The notes below the pieces were generated by a model. It ran no database searches. It was not told the DNA's origin and was given only the letters and a program-made list of their open reading frames with translations. A stretch of 64,000 nt of DNA from an uncultured bacterium (GTDB taxonomy: Bacteria; Patescibacteriota; Microgenomatia; UBA1400; UBA12108): NCBI GenBank assembly GCA_963981525.1, contig CAXCDZ010000001.1:11217-75216 (forward strand). The letters are read 5' to 3'. Position numbers and translations under genes: made by a program. Of this stretch, positions 30,711 through 40,555 are shown piece by piece (position 1 is the first letter of the stretch; the number at the start of each line of letters is the position of its first letter).

Positions 30711-32347
30711 TGGTTCTCCAGATTATCGGCTTGCATGTGGACGGTGGGGAAACCAAATGTGCGAAAGATCACCCGTCCATCATCCCGAGCAATAATATCT
30801 TGCTCTCCGTACTCAAATAATGGCTGAACTATTAGAAGAGTGTTGTCAGGTAGATCCATCTGCTCTATAGGACCCTGAGGTCTGATATCGCCGAAATAGT
30901 ACTTACCCAACTTGATCATAGGAACACCGTCAATCATCAATCGATTATCTTTGGCCTTGCGATAATCGCGCGGATCAACCTGGTTGTAGTAGGCAAAATA
31001 CATGGAGGTCTCACCGTAGCTCTGAGTAATAATAAAGTGGTCATATTGATCTTCCCTCTCTCGCGCGTATTCAATAGCCTCAAACATTGTGGAGTCATAC
31101 CAGTACCTGCCATAGCTGGGATACTGATAGACATATCTGAGAGTCCAGTTGGCAAAAGATAATGAGTAGGCAAGAAGGAGTGCCGTAAACAATAGCTTAC
31201 GAAAACCGGATGTTTTGGACCAGAGAAAAATTTGGACAAGAGCATATCCTGCAAAAATCTGAGGAACTGGAAGCATCGCTAGACTGCGCAAACCATAGGC
31301 AGGGCCAACGAGCGCGGTTGGGATAGGGGCAAGGAGTAGCCAGGCGATCAGGAGTCGCCAAGCTTTTTGTTTTTTCTTATACAACAAGAATATACCCAGG
31401 AGAATGAGAGGGGCGTCGATGAGATATAACATGCCATGGTTGGCGAGACCGTAGCGGAGATTGCTATCTCCTCCCACAAAGAGGAATTGACCAGAGAAGT
31501 TGTCAAAATAGTAGGTTACAAAATCCTGGAGATGATACGTCGCGCGATTCTCAGTTAGCTTGGCCAGGGTACTCTTGGGGTTATCAAAGAAATTGCGACC
31601 GCGCTCTACCCGAGGAATAATTGTCTTGTCAACGAAAATGTTGATATTCTGGAACCTGACTTGCCCACCAGCAAAGAAGGCTAGATAGAGAGCGGGGAGA
31701 GCAAAAACTAGAGCGACCGACCAGTAGCGGACAAATGGCTTGACCCACACCTTAACCTGCTGACCCCAATGAGACCAAAGCCAAACTAACATGAGAAGAA
31801 GGGGGGTAAACATCTTGGAGGTGTAGTAAGTATATGCGGCTAGTGCGAGATAGAGGGCGGAACGTGTGAAACGACTCTTGAGAAGGTAGTAGACACTAGC
31901 CAGGCCAAGAGTGAGGGCTAGATTGGCTTCGTAGCCACCGCGACTGAGATGAATGTGCCACGGAGTGAGAGTGAGTAAAAGGGAGGCAATGAGAGCTGTC
32001 CCCTCCCCCAGTTTGAGAATGAGGACAAGGCGATAGGTCAGATAAACTGCAATGATCCCAGCGATGGCTGAAGGGATCCTAACTGAGGCGGGAGTAGGAC
32101 CAGTAATAAGCTGAACGAGTGCCACGGCGTAGATGTAAACTGGGTTTTTTTGGTCACCCCATGACTCAAACTGGAGAGGCATAAACTTGCCAAACTCGTC
32201 TCGACCAGTCTTGACGATCGAGAGGGCGTTGTAACCGATTGCGATCTCATCTCCGTAGAGCGAGGGCATGTGGGTATTGAGATAAGGGAGTCTCAAAGCA
32301 GCGGCGAGCAAGATAATGATGGTGATCAGGCGAGTGCGATGTTTCAT
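30707..32347 (-). CDS. GT-C fold glycosyltransferase, ArnT/PMT_2 family
   Basis: 'MPSLYGDEIAIGYNALSIVKTGRDEFGKFMPLQF...KNPVYIY' DE loop. Polytopic. Confidence 0.7.
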   Translation of the reverse strand: MKHRTRLITIIILLAAALRLPYLNTHMPSLYGDEIAIGYNALSIVKTGRDEFGKFMPLQFESWGDQKNPVYIYAVALVQLITGPTPASVRIPSAIAGIIAVYLTYRLVLILKLGEGTALIASLLLTLTPWHIHLSRGGYEANLALTLGLASVYYLLKSRFTRSALYLALAAYTYYTSKMFTPLLLMLVWLWSHWGQQVKVWVKPFVRYWSVALVFALPALYLAFFAGGQVRFQNINIFVDKTIIPRVERGRNFFDNPKSTLAKLTENRATYHLQDFVTYYFDNFSGQFLFVGGDSNLRYGLANHGMLYLIDAPLILLGIFLLYKKKQKAWRLLIAWLLLAPIPTALVGPAYGLRSLAMLPVPQIFAGYALVQIFLWSKTSGFRKLLFTALLLAYSLSFANWTLRYVYQYPSYGRYWYDSTMFEAIEYAREREDQYDHFIITQSYGETSMYFAYYNQVDPRDYRKAKDNRLMIDGVPMIKLGKYYFGDIRPQGPIEQMDLPDNTLLIVQPLFEYGEQDIIARDDGRVIFRTFGFPTVHMQADNLENQ

Positions 32348-32349
32348 GA

Positions 32350-34194
32350 TTATTCTGGGCTACAACTATTTCTAAATGAAGGATTGTTTTCTAGTTCATG
32401 AGTAACAACATCGTCCAAATCATGCACTTCGTGGAGAAGAAGAGCTTGACTCCAAGACTTGCCAGCGAATTTACGAATTGAGGCAAGATCATTTATTGGA
32501 GTAGAAATAGTCAGGATTTTTCTAGCATCTTGTGTGCGGTATTTCTCACAAGCCAGATCTTTGATGTTGGCGTGTCTTAACTCGTATTTACCTGCCTGGA
32601 CTAGATGAGAGAAACCAAAATCATCGGGGGCATTGCGGATGCCGCTCTGAACTTCGCTTGTAGTAAGGTCGCCATAAAAATATGGGGCAAGTGGCCCATG
32701 AAGTTCAGTGTCAATAATGTAGTCATAATCAGATGAGACGCTCTTGACGTAGCCAAAAACGTCACGTGCGTCACTGGTCCACATGAGATCATTGCTATGA
32801 GTAAAGACAAGGAAGTAGTGACTGAGTGACTGAGCGACAAAAAACAAGATAATCAAGAGATAGCCAAATAAGAGGGGGATAGCATAGCGCTTGAGATATT
32901 TCCCAGCCCAAGTGAACAACCCCTTGATGCCGATGCCAATAATGAGGGAGATAATATATAGGGCGATAAGAGCCATTCGCATGTTGATATTGTTAGCTAG
33001 AGCGGCGGGAATGAGAGAGATTAAGATTGTAACTGCATAGAAAAAATAGAGGGAATCCTGAGGATTTAGCTTATTTAACTTGTTTCTAACAAGTGACTCA
33101 AGGAATCTTTTGCATGCGTATCCAATCGAAAACAAGCCAACTAAAAAGAGTGGGAGTATTGGGTAGAGGAAGGCGCCGTAACTCGCGTCAAAGCCATACT
33201 CACTCTCAGCCTGCAAAAATAGATAATCAGATCCGAGATAACGGTAATAGGTTTTGCCAATGTTAGTTAGTTTCTCAACTGGTTTGTTCCAGAGTCCGTA
33301 GCAAAACTGGGACTTATCAGCGTTTCGCATAAAAGAGAGATAACAGTATTGCCTCTTCTCGTCGATCTCTAGAGTTGCACCTTCTGCGGACTTATTATTG
33401 TAGTACTCGAGTCGGTTGAGGCCCTTGCTAGACGTCAGATCACCTATCCAGCCGAGGCCAATGAAAAGGAGGGCGAGAATAAGCAGGAGGGATTTTTTGA
33501 GTTTGCTAATAAGTGGCCATGACTGGACCAGAGTTGCTATGATAATTGTGAGGATTGCAATGTAGCGAATAGAGGCATACCAATATCCAGCAAGACCAAG
33601 CATGACAGCTGCGAGAATCCATAGTCGGGAATCCTTGGCTCTAGTGAGAGTTGCACGCGTAATGAGCCAGATCCCAACTGCAAAAAATGCCATCGCACTA
33701 AATGCCTCGTAGAAGATCCGAGACATATCAAAGTGCCAAGGACTAAAAGCAAGAACAAAAACAGCAAATAAGAGACCCCATTTACTTCTCTTACCCCAGA
33801 GTTCTTTGAGCGTGAGATAGAGCATGAGGAGACTCACTACACCTGCGACTGCAGAAGGAAGATGAGTAACTAGGTTATCCATACGGCCGAGGACCTTGCT
33901 CCAAAATGCCATGGAATAGACCAATCCAGGCGCCTTCCACTCCCCGAATGCCTCAAAAACTAGTGGCCAGGGCTTGTTCCAGGTATCTCTACCGGTCTCG
34001 GCAATTGCCTTTGCGTCGGCGGCAAAACCCACCTCGTCGATGTGGAGGCCGGGGGGAGTACTACCGAGCTGGTAAAAGCGAGAAAATAGGATGGCAAAGA
34101 GAACAAGGATAACGAGGAAATATTTGGAGAGGGAGGAGAGTTTTTGCATATAGATCATTATACCTAGTTTTGGACGACGACCCATTTCTGGCAA
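32350..34194 (-). CDS. GT-C fold glycosyltransferase, ArnT/PMT_2 family
   Basis: 'GLHIDEVGFAADAKAIAETGRDTWNKPWPLVF...KAPGLVYSMAF'. Start may be the internal Met (~34158) to avoid a 31-bp overlap. Confidence 0.7.
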   Translation of the reverse strand: MPEMGRRPKLGIMIYMQKLSSLSKYFLVILVLFAILFSRFYQLGSTPPGLHIDEVGFAADAKAIAETGRDTWNKPWPLVFEAFGEWKAPGLVYSMAFWSKVLGRMDNLVTHLPSAVAGVVSLLMLYLTLKELWGKRSKWGLLFAVFVLAFSPWHFDMSRIFYEAFSAMAFFAVGIWLITRATLTRAKDSRLWILAAVMLGLAGYWYASIRYIAILTIIIATLVQSWPLISKLKKSLLLILALLFIGLGWIGDLTSSKGLNRLEYYNNKSAEGATLEIDEKRQYCYLSFMRNADKSQFCYGLWNKPVEKLTNIGKTYYRYLGSDYLFLQAESEYGFDASYGAFLYPILPLFLVGLFSIGYACKRFLESLVRNKLNKLNPQDSLYFFYAVTILISLIPAALANNINMRMALIALYIISLIIGIGIKGLFTWAGKYLKRYAIPLLFGYLLIILFFVAQSLSHYFLVFTHSNDLMWTSDARDVFGYVKSVSSDYDYIIDTELHGPLAPYFYGDLTTSEVQSGIRNAPDDFGFSHLVQAGKYELRHANIKDLACEKYRTQDARKILTISTPINDLASIRKFAGKSWSQALLLHEVHDLDDVVTHELENNPSFRNSCSPE

Positions 34195-35942
34195 AACTCA
34201 GCTCGATTCATGGTCTCTAGATCAAAGTCTGAGTGAGTGGTGGGGTGAACATAATTATTTAGCTCATCACTGTCACAGAGCTGATCACCAATGATACGAC
34301 GCAGTTCACCACTATCTAAGGAAGATACGAGAGAGCGAGGAGAATTAGTTGAAGATATCAGTGATACAGATGGACAAGCAAGAGAGCGCTCAATGGAATC
34401 AAAGCGAATAATAGCTGTGTCATAATCCTCAAGATCTTCTGGACATCGATTGGTTATCGTGAGGTTCTGATACTGATAGTTGTCGTCGTCAGATGGGCTG
34501 TAGCCATTATTAAAGCTAGTGATCAGCTCACTAGTGATATCCTGATTGACTAGGACGATGTTGCTATAAACATACCTCGGCTGATTATCGATAATAAGAA
34601 TCTTGACGTTAGGAGATAATCTGACATAGTTGGCAAGCAAGCGCTCATCAAAAAAGTGAGCTTGCGCATTCTCAATCGGAGCAGTGAACAGATAGTGATA
34701 GGCAAAGTTGAGAGTAGAAACACCAAATAACACAGCAAAAACGTAAGGATATATCTTGAATATGATCTTAGATTTCTGCTTGAGATAAATGTAGATGCCA
34801 TAGATGCCGTAGGCCAGAACAATATTGAGGATTACTAGATATATTGCTGAGCGAAAGGCCATAGAGTCGTTGAGATGTATCACAGTCGCTGTGGGGGAGA
34901 GGATGAGCAAGAGCAGAATAAGGAGGTGGGGACGAGAGTGACGGACTAGAAGATGTCCTATGCCATAGAGCATGAATGGGAGTGTAAAGGGATAAAAATA
35001 ACCCATCCCAGCTGAGAACACCCCCATGGTTTCGCCGTGAATAAACAATAATTGAGGAGAGATAAGAGTAAGATATTTGTCTCTGATAAGCATCAATAAG
35101 CTGAGATATTTGTTGCTGAATATCTGTTTGGCAAATTCGGGAGCTAGGGAGAGTGTACGCTCAGCATTGACTCCACCACCCAATCTATCGATGTTGGTGA
35201 AGATGAGCTCACTGCTCCGCCCTCCATAACTGTCGTAGTTAGTGATGGTGCGGATGAAGAGAAATGCGATCCAGGAGATGGCAGGTAGATAGTCTGTCCA
35301 ACGACGCTTGGACTCTGCAAAGAAAGCAAGATAAATCAGATAAACTCCAGTTAACATGGGGAGAGCGAATTTGTATCCATGATAAGTAAAAAATCCGATA
35401 GCAAAGGTCATAAAAAAGCCTATGAGGGAGAGTGGGGATAGTTTGCGTTGAGAAAATAGAGCCAGACATACCCATGAGGCTAGATACCAAAAGAGTGAGG
35501 TAGGTTGCTCGAGAGCGGTACGAGAGAAGATCACATGCCATGGGGAAAGATACAGAAGAATAGCAGTAATAATAGCGATAGGTCGCTTAACTCTGATAAG
35601 TAGTAGCCAAATAAGGACTAGCAGAGGAGTAAGAGAGCTATAGATAACGGTCATAAGGCGAGAACTTGCGGGAGACTGGGGTAAGAAGCTTAGAGTGGGA
35701 GTGTTGATGAGTGGGCCAAGCTCAGACATGGTCCCGGTGTTGGGCAAGAAAGAGAGTGGATGCCAAGAACCCTCGATGTCACGCCCAATTTCTATCACAG
35801 CGTGGGCCTGGATGACGTTGTCGATCTCATCATGAGACAAAGAAACTGGGACTGTGTTGAGATAGCTAAGGCGAAGGAGTAACCCTATGATAACCGAGAT
35901 GACAAGTATTATGAGAGGCTTCCTGTATTTCATAAGTGACAT
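34164..35942 (-). CDS. GT-C fold glycosyltransferase, ArnT/PMT_2 family
   Basis: ORF track extends to 36251, but that overlaps the upstream gene by 300 bp. Start re-set to 'MSLMKYRKPL' (ATG at 35940-35942). 'LSHDEIDNVIQAHAVIEIGRDIEGSWHPLSF' DE loop. Confidence 0.65.
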   Translation of the reverse strand: MSLMKYRKPLIILVISVIIGLLLRLSYLNTVPVSLSHDEIDNVIQAHAVIEIGRDIEGSWHPLSFLPNTGTMSELGPLINTPTLSFLPQSPASSRLMTVIYSSLTPLLVLIWLLLIRVKRPIAIITAILLYLSPWHVIFSRTALEQPTSLFWYLASWVCLALFSQRKLSPLSLIGFFMTFAIGFFTYHGYKFALPMLTGVYLIYLAFFAESKRRWTDYLPAISWIAFLFIRTITNYDSYGGRSSELIFTNIDRLGGGVNAERTLSLAPEFAKQIFSNKYLSLLMLIRDKYLTLISPQLLFIHGETMGVFSAGMGYFYPFTLPFMLYGIGHLLVRHSRPHLLILLLLILSPTATVIHLNDSMAFRSAIYLVILNIVLAYGIYGIYIYLKQKSKIIFKIYPYVFAVLFGVSTLNFAYHYLFTAPIENAQAHFFDERLLANYVRLSPNVKILIIDNQPRYVYSNIVLVNQDITSELITSFNNGYSPSDDDNYQYQNLTITNRCPEDLEDYDTAIIRFDSIERSLACPSVSLISSTNSPRSLVSSLDSGELRRIIGDQLCDSDELNNYVHPTTHSDFDLETMNRAEFCQKWVVVQN

Positions 35943-35950
35943 TATATAGA

Positions 35951-37075
35951 TTAAGCGACAAAACGACCTATGGCAAATAGTGAAAACAAAGATATTAGTC
36001 CCAAAAGAGAAATAAGCTGCATAAGGAATAAATTTCTCTTGCTTAGTTTGCGCGCGAGAATGTAATAGACCGGAAAGATCACAAGAACATATCGGGGGAG
36101 TGAGGTGAGTGATCCTGTCAAAGTCGGAATTAGGAGGGCGCCGAGCGCGAATATTAGCTGAGAGAAAGGAATGAGTTTGTAGCCAATTGCTAGAATACTG
36201 CCAAAGGCTGCCAGAGAAAATAACTCCAGGAGCGAACGGAAATAAACCCAACTGGCTGGCTCGACAGTGAGGAGGATCTTGAGATATCGATAAATAACCT
36301 GAGGGAGAGTGATCAATCTACTATCGTACCTATCAACTCCAAACATGGGTAGTACGCGCATAAACATCAAGGGATCAGCGAAGTCCCGGTAGAGATATCC
36401 CATGTAGAGCATCAAGCCGCTGAGCGAGATGGCGAGTAGTCCGAAGATTCTAAAAATCTTGATCTTATGACCCGACTCTTTTGCATGCAAAATCATCTCT
36501 ACGAGCAAACTAAGTGAGAGCAAGCAACCAATAACTCTAGTGCCAGAGGCAATCCCTGCAAGAATTGCTGCTGCTAACCAATGCTTCTTCTTGACCATAT
36601 AGAAAAACCAAATGGAGAGAGCGAGAAAGAGCGACTCGCTATAGACGCCAAGAAAATAAAAACTAGTTGGGAAAAATAGCATACAGCCAATGGCTAACAG
36701 CTTATGGTGGGGAAATAAGCGGTAGATACCAAATATAGCAAATATGAGAGTAATGATACTAATCATGACCCCGGCAAATAATGGTGAAGGGGTGATGGGG
36801 GTGAGAGCTCTAATCATGAGTGGGTAGACTGGGAAAAAGGCTTGAGTGCCGGTATCTTGATAGCCGTAACGCGCAATGCGCAAGTAATGAATGCCATCAA
36901 AGTGTGCAAAAACTGAGGAGGCTCGAGAGTAGTGAGAAGTGAGTTCTGCTTGATAATAGGGGAACTCAATATTGAGATCCCTTTTGAGGGAATAGTTGAG
37001 AGTAAGGGAGATTATCCCTAGCCAAACTATAACAATGAGACCTAATCTAGTTAGTGTTGGTAAGTACTTTTCCAT
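35951..37075 (-). CDS. PIG-V/Gpi18-like (GT76-like) mannosyltransferase-family membrane protein
   Basis: 'FDGIHYLRIARYGYQDTGTQAFFPVYPLMIRAL' matches the PIG-V 'D..HY..IA..GY....AFFPLYPL' signature. ORF track start 37246 trimmed to 'MEKYLPTL' (~37075). Confidence 0.55.
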   Translation of the reverse strand: MEKYLPTLTRLGLIVIVWLGIISLTLNYSLKRDLNIEFPYYQAELTSHYSRASSVFAHFDGIHYLRIARYGYQDTGTQAFFPVYPLMIRALTPITPSPLFAGVMISIITLIFAIFGIYRLFPHHKLLAIGCMLFFPTSFYFLGVYSESLFLALSIWFFYMVKKKHWLAAAILAGIASGTRVIGCLLSLSLLVEMILHAKESGHKIKIFRIFGLLAISLSGLMLYMGYLYRDFADPLMFMRVLPMFGVDRYDSRLITLPQVIYRYLKILLTVEPASWVYFRSLLELFSLAAFGSILAIGYKLIPFSQLIFALGALLIPTLTGSLTSLPRYVLVIFPVYYILARKLSKRNLFLMQLISLLGLISLFSLFAIGRFVA

Positions 37076-38090
37076 AAACTTCGTATGTAGCTCTAGCTGT
37101 TTTTTCCCAACTAAAATTCCTGGCGCGAGCTTGCCCTTGTGAACTGAGTTTTTTTCTTGCCCGACTATCCCGAAGAAGCATCTTGAGAGAATCGAGTAAT
37201 TCCTTTTTGCTGTGAGGATCAAAATATGCGACTGACTTACCGCCAACCTCAGGCAGACTGCCCTGATTGCTTGTGAGGACGGGGCAGCCCTGATTCATGG
37301 CTTCGAGGATGGGGAGTCCGAACCCCTCGTACCATGAAGGCTGAACATACAGGGTGGCATGCGCGTAGATATATGGCATGTGGTGAGTGGGGATGTAGCC
37401 GAGCATCTTGATCCGATTTTTGGCAGGAGAGGCGGCAATGAGTGACTCGATCTCCCGATACTCTGGGATATCGGGCTTGTCAGAGAATACTTTGCCGACA
37501 ATGACGAGGTGGAGGTTGGGTTTGTTGAGTTGGGAGAAGGCATTGATAAGTCCTTTGACATTTTTGTTCCAATTGATGTCCCCTACGTACAGTAAATAAC
37601 GTGGAGGGAGGCTGTATTTTTTGATAATTGGCGAGTTGAGAGTGGCTGTTTTTCTGATTATGATAGGGGCTAGGGGAACGACAGTGATCTTGCTCTCTGG
37701 CACATTCATGATCTCCTGGATATCCCGGCTCGAAGACTCAGAATCAGTAATGATGTGGTTGACCCCTCTAAGGGAGCGTTTTTGAAGATTGTATTTGAGG
37801 CGGCCACGCAGTCCAGGAGGGAAATGAGAGGCAAATTTGAGTGGAATGAGATCATGAATTGTGACAATCGTGGGTAGAGGTTTTCTGTGAGGTAGGGTTA
37901 AGAAGTGTGGGTCAAAAAATGGAAAGTGAACTAGATCAACTGAATCATGGTAGCAATTACCATCTTTTGCCAGAAACGTTGAGTCAGGAAAATTCTGCTG
38001 GAGAGCCCTGAGTAGCTCTCTAGTATAGACCCCTACCCCCCTAGTTTGTGAGGCTGAGGAAAGCGGCGCAAGACTGATTGCGACTTTCAT
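37047..38090 (-). CDS. Glycosyltransferase family 4
   Basis: 'YVQPSWYEGFGLPILEAMNQGCPVLTSNQGSLPEV' is the canonical GT4 EX7E motif. Confidence 0.85.
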   Translation of the reverse strand: MKVAISLAPLSSASQTRGVGVYTRELLRALQQNFPDSTFLAKDGNCYHDSVDLVHFPFFDPHFLTLPHRKPLPTIVTIHDLIPLKFASHFPPGLRGRLKYNLQKRSLRGVNHIITDSESSSRDIQEIMNVPESKITVVPLAPIIIRKTATLNSPIIKKYSLPPRYLLYVGDINWNKNVKGLINAFSQLNKPNLHLVIVGKVFSDKPDIPEYREIESLIAASPAKNRIKMLGYIPTHHMPYIYAHATLYVQPSWYEGFGLPILEAMNQGCPVLTSNQGSLPEVGGKSVAYFDPHSKKELLDSLKMLLRDSRARKKLSSQGQARARNFSWEKTARATYEVYGKVLTNTN

Positions 38091-39697
38091 TTCTTCCTAT
38101 CCCTTGTGAGAACATATAGAACTGAGATAATCGAGCCCAAGCTAATAATGTTAGCTATGCTCTCAATATTGGAAGATCCAACGTAAACTCGATAATCATG
38201 AGTTCCTGGATTGAGCATGAGACTGATAGTGCCATCGTCTCTTGGTGAAAGAAGATCGTCAGAGTTATCTCCCTCAACTTGAACGTGCCAGGAAGGGAAA
38301 TAGTTTCTGAGGATCGTTAACTCCCCGATCTCTTCTTTGTTGTTGGCGGTAAAAGTGATGTTGGTGGGAGTCGCAACGACACCCTCCAGAATAATGTTGC
38401 CTGAGCTAACAAGAACATCGTCTGATTTGTAACGAACATCCTGAGGTGACCACATCGGGAGAATCTCGGTGCGGAATGTTGTGGCAGTTTTGGTCAAGTA
38501 CAATGTGTAGAGAGAGCCAAACTCTTCTTCGTTTAGAAATTGGATTGGCCTCCTGTAATTGCGCACATTAAAAAGAGCAAGGCCTAGAAAGATTGTAATC
38601 AAGATGATCTGGAGTTTTTTGGACTTGAAACTAGAGAGAAACACGAAGGCAATGAGAGGGGCAAGAAGCGTAGTGAGGAATAAAAATCTCCAGGGAAATT
38701 GGACAGTTTGTAGGAGAGTAAGAGAATCCCAGATATAGAATGAACGAGAACTCATCATAAAAACTGTAAAGAAAAATGCGAAGACTAGAAAAATATTTTT
38801 TCTTGTCCTCTTCTTTAGAGCAACAAAGATTGTGGTGAGGGCAACTACAATAATTTGAGCCAGACCCAGTTGGAACGAGACCCCATCACCTGGTCCCGGC
38901 AATGAATACCAGTAGTCCCATTTACCATACAAAAACTGCTTTAGGTAAACGAAGTGTTGATCGAACCGGAAAGTAAAGTCTTGGTTGTGAAAAGAGTACA
39001 ACATAGTTCTCTCAACAATCATGGGAAGGAGAAAGAATGCGGCAAGACCCAGGCTGAGCGCGAACGAAAGCAATGCTCTTTTGGAAAATAGCTTGGCAAA
39101 AAACAAATAGGCAATAAGAAAAGCCATGAAAAGGAGGCCGAGGAAATTGTGGGCAATCAAGAGAAGGGCAAGTGGGAGAGAGTGATACCATCTGAGAGCT
39201 TTTTGGTGGCTAAGATCATGAAAACTTACTAAAACCCAGGGAATAATTCCCATTGCAACGACTTCGCCTAGAGCGCCGCGAACAAAAATATTAAGAAATT
39301 GATATGGAGTTGCTAGATAGAGAGCTGCTGAGAAGAAAGCGAGCATCTTGTTCTCTCTGGCAAATAGCTGGTAGATACCGAGTCCGCCGATGAGATAACT
39401 AACAAGAAGAATTAGTTTTACTGCCAAAACGGAGCTCATACCCGACAAGATCAGGGCTGTGGAGAGATAGTAAGGAAGTGGATAAATAAAGTTAAAAAGA
39501 GGAATGCCATAACCTTCATCAAAATTGCCAGCCCATCTGAGAGGGAACTGTCCTGACTTGAGCATTTTGACAGCTTCGTCTGCTCGTAGGATATGAAAAA
39601 CTCCATCGTGAGAGGCGAACCAACCAGGATTAAAAAGTGAAGAAGCAAGGATTAAACCTAGAATAATCAGAATTACTGGGAAGAGATACTTCTTCAT
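38087..39697 (-). CDS. Polytopic membrane protein, GT-C-like (paralog of 50982..52514)
   Basis: 'SHDGVFHILRADEAVKMLKSGQFPLRWAGNFDEGYGIPLFNFIYPLPYYL' is shared with 50982..52514. DE present in first loop. Confidence 0.5.
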   Translation of the reverse strand: MKKYLFPVILIILGLILASSLFNPGWFASHDGVFHILRADEAVKMLKSGQFPLRWAGNFDEGYGIPLFNFIYPLPYYLSTALILSGMSSVLAVKLILLVSYLIGGLGIYQLFARENKMLAFFSAALYLATPYQFLNIFVRGALGEVVAMGIIPWVLVSFHDLSHQKALRWYHSLPLALLLIAHNFLGLLFMAFLIAYLFFAKLFSKRALLSFALSLGLAAFFLLPMIVERTMLYSFHNQDFTFRFDQHFVYLKQFLYGKWDYWYSLPGPGDGVSFQLGLAQIIVVALTTIFVALKKRTRKNIFLVFAFFFTVFMMSSRSFYIWDSLTLLQTVQFPWRFLFLTTLLAPLIAFVFLSSFKSKKLQIILITIFLGLALFNVRNYRRPIQFLNEEEFGSLYTLYLTKTATTFRTEILPMWSPQDVRYKSDDVLVSSGNIILEGVVATPTNITFTANNKEEIGELTILRNYFPSWHVQVEGDNSDDLLSPRDDGTISLMLNPGTHDYRVYVGSSNIESIANIISLGSIISVLYVLTRDRKK

Positions 39698-40515
39698 TAG
39701 TTCCAGTCTTTTGCGATGCTTGGTTTGGTCGCAGTTTTTGAGAATTCCCAGTACTTAATGTAGGAAGATCTCAAATGAAGTCCAGAATAATAGGCAAAAA
39801 CAAAACCAGGAAAACCATCCTGAAAACCTTTGTGGCGAAGATAGATCTCGAGGAATCTAACAATAGGCTTAACCAGCATGTAGTTAAGAATAGTTGGTGT
39901 GTCGAGTTGCAACTTGCCTTGTTTGAGCCATTCCTCAGCTTGGAGAGTAGTGTAACGATTGCTGCGCAAGAGATAGCGAGAGAAGTTGGGGTCGGCAATG
40001 TGAAGGAGATCTTCTACCAACTGCCCGGTCATGCCATCTACCTCCATGAGTTCGTGAACATTCTTCTGTGGGAGCTTAGCCTTACCCTTCTGAAAGAGTC
40101 TGATGACCGGATCGGGATACATGCCACCCTTGTTCATCCAGCGACCGAGGAAATAGTTGCGACGATTGAGTTGGAAGGCGGCAGGTTGGGTGGTGGGATC
40201 TAGAGAGATCACTCTCGAGATCTCTTTGGCGAGCATGGAGCTCACTCTCTCGTCAGCATCTAACTGAAGAATCCAGGGGTTAACACAAGCGTCAATTGCG
40301 ATCTGCTTGTTGATGTGAAAGTTGGTGCGGTTGGGTTCGGTAATAACTCGCGCTCCATACTCGGCAGCTATCTTGACGGTATTATCAGATGAGGAGCCGT
40401 CTACGATAATAATCTCATTGGCAATCTCCCTGATACTTACAAGACAATCCCCGAGAGTACCCTCTTCGTTATAGACTGCGAGGGCAATTGAGAGAGCTGG
40501 TTTGGTTGGTTGCAT
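39697..40515 (-). CDS. Glycosyltransferase family 2
   Basis: 'LSIALAVYNEEGTLGDCLVSIREIANEIIIVDGSSSDNT' and 'QLDADE'. Confidence 0.8.
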   Translation of the reverse strand: MQPTKPALSIALAVYNEEGTLGDCLVSIREIANEIIIVDGSSSDNTVKIAAEYGARVITEPNRTNFHINKQIAIDACVNPWILQLDADERVSSMLAKEISRVISLDPTTQPAAFQLNRRNYFLGRWMNKGGMYPDPVIRLFQKGKAKLPQKNVHELMEVDGMTGQLVEDLLHIADPNFSRYLLRSNRYTTLQAEEWLKQGKLQLDTPTILNYMLVKPIVRFLEIYLRHKGFQDGFPGFVFAYYSGLHLRSSYIKYWEFSKTATKPSIAKDWN

Positions 40516-40555
40516 GTGATAAGTATATCCTACGCCCTAAATTATGGGAAATTAA

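Noticed and set aside
34164-36251. 695-aa ORF as given by the six-frame track
   Set aside because: Its N-terminal ~100 codons overlap the upstream PIG-V-like gene by 300 bp and encode low-complexity non-membrane sequence. The 'MSLMKYRKPL' start at 35942 abuts the upstream stop and precedes the first TM helix, so the gene was trimmed.
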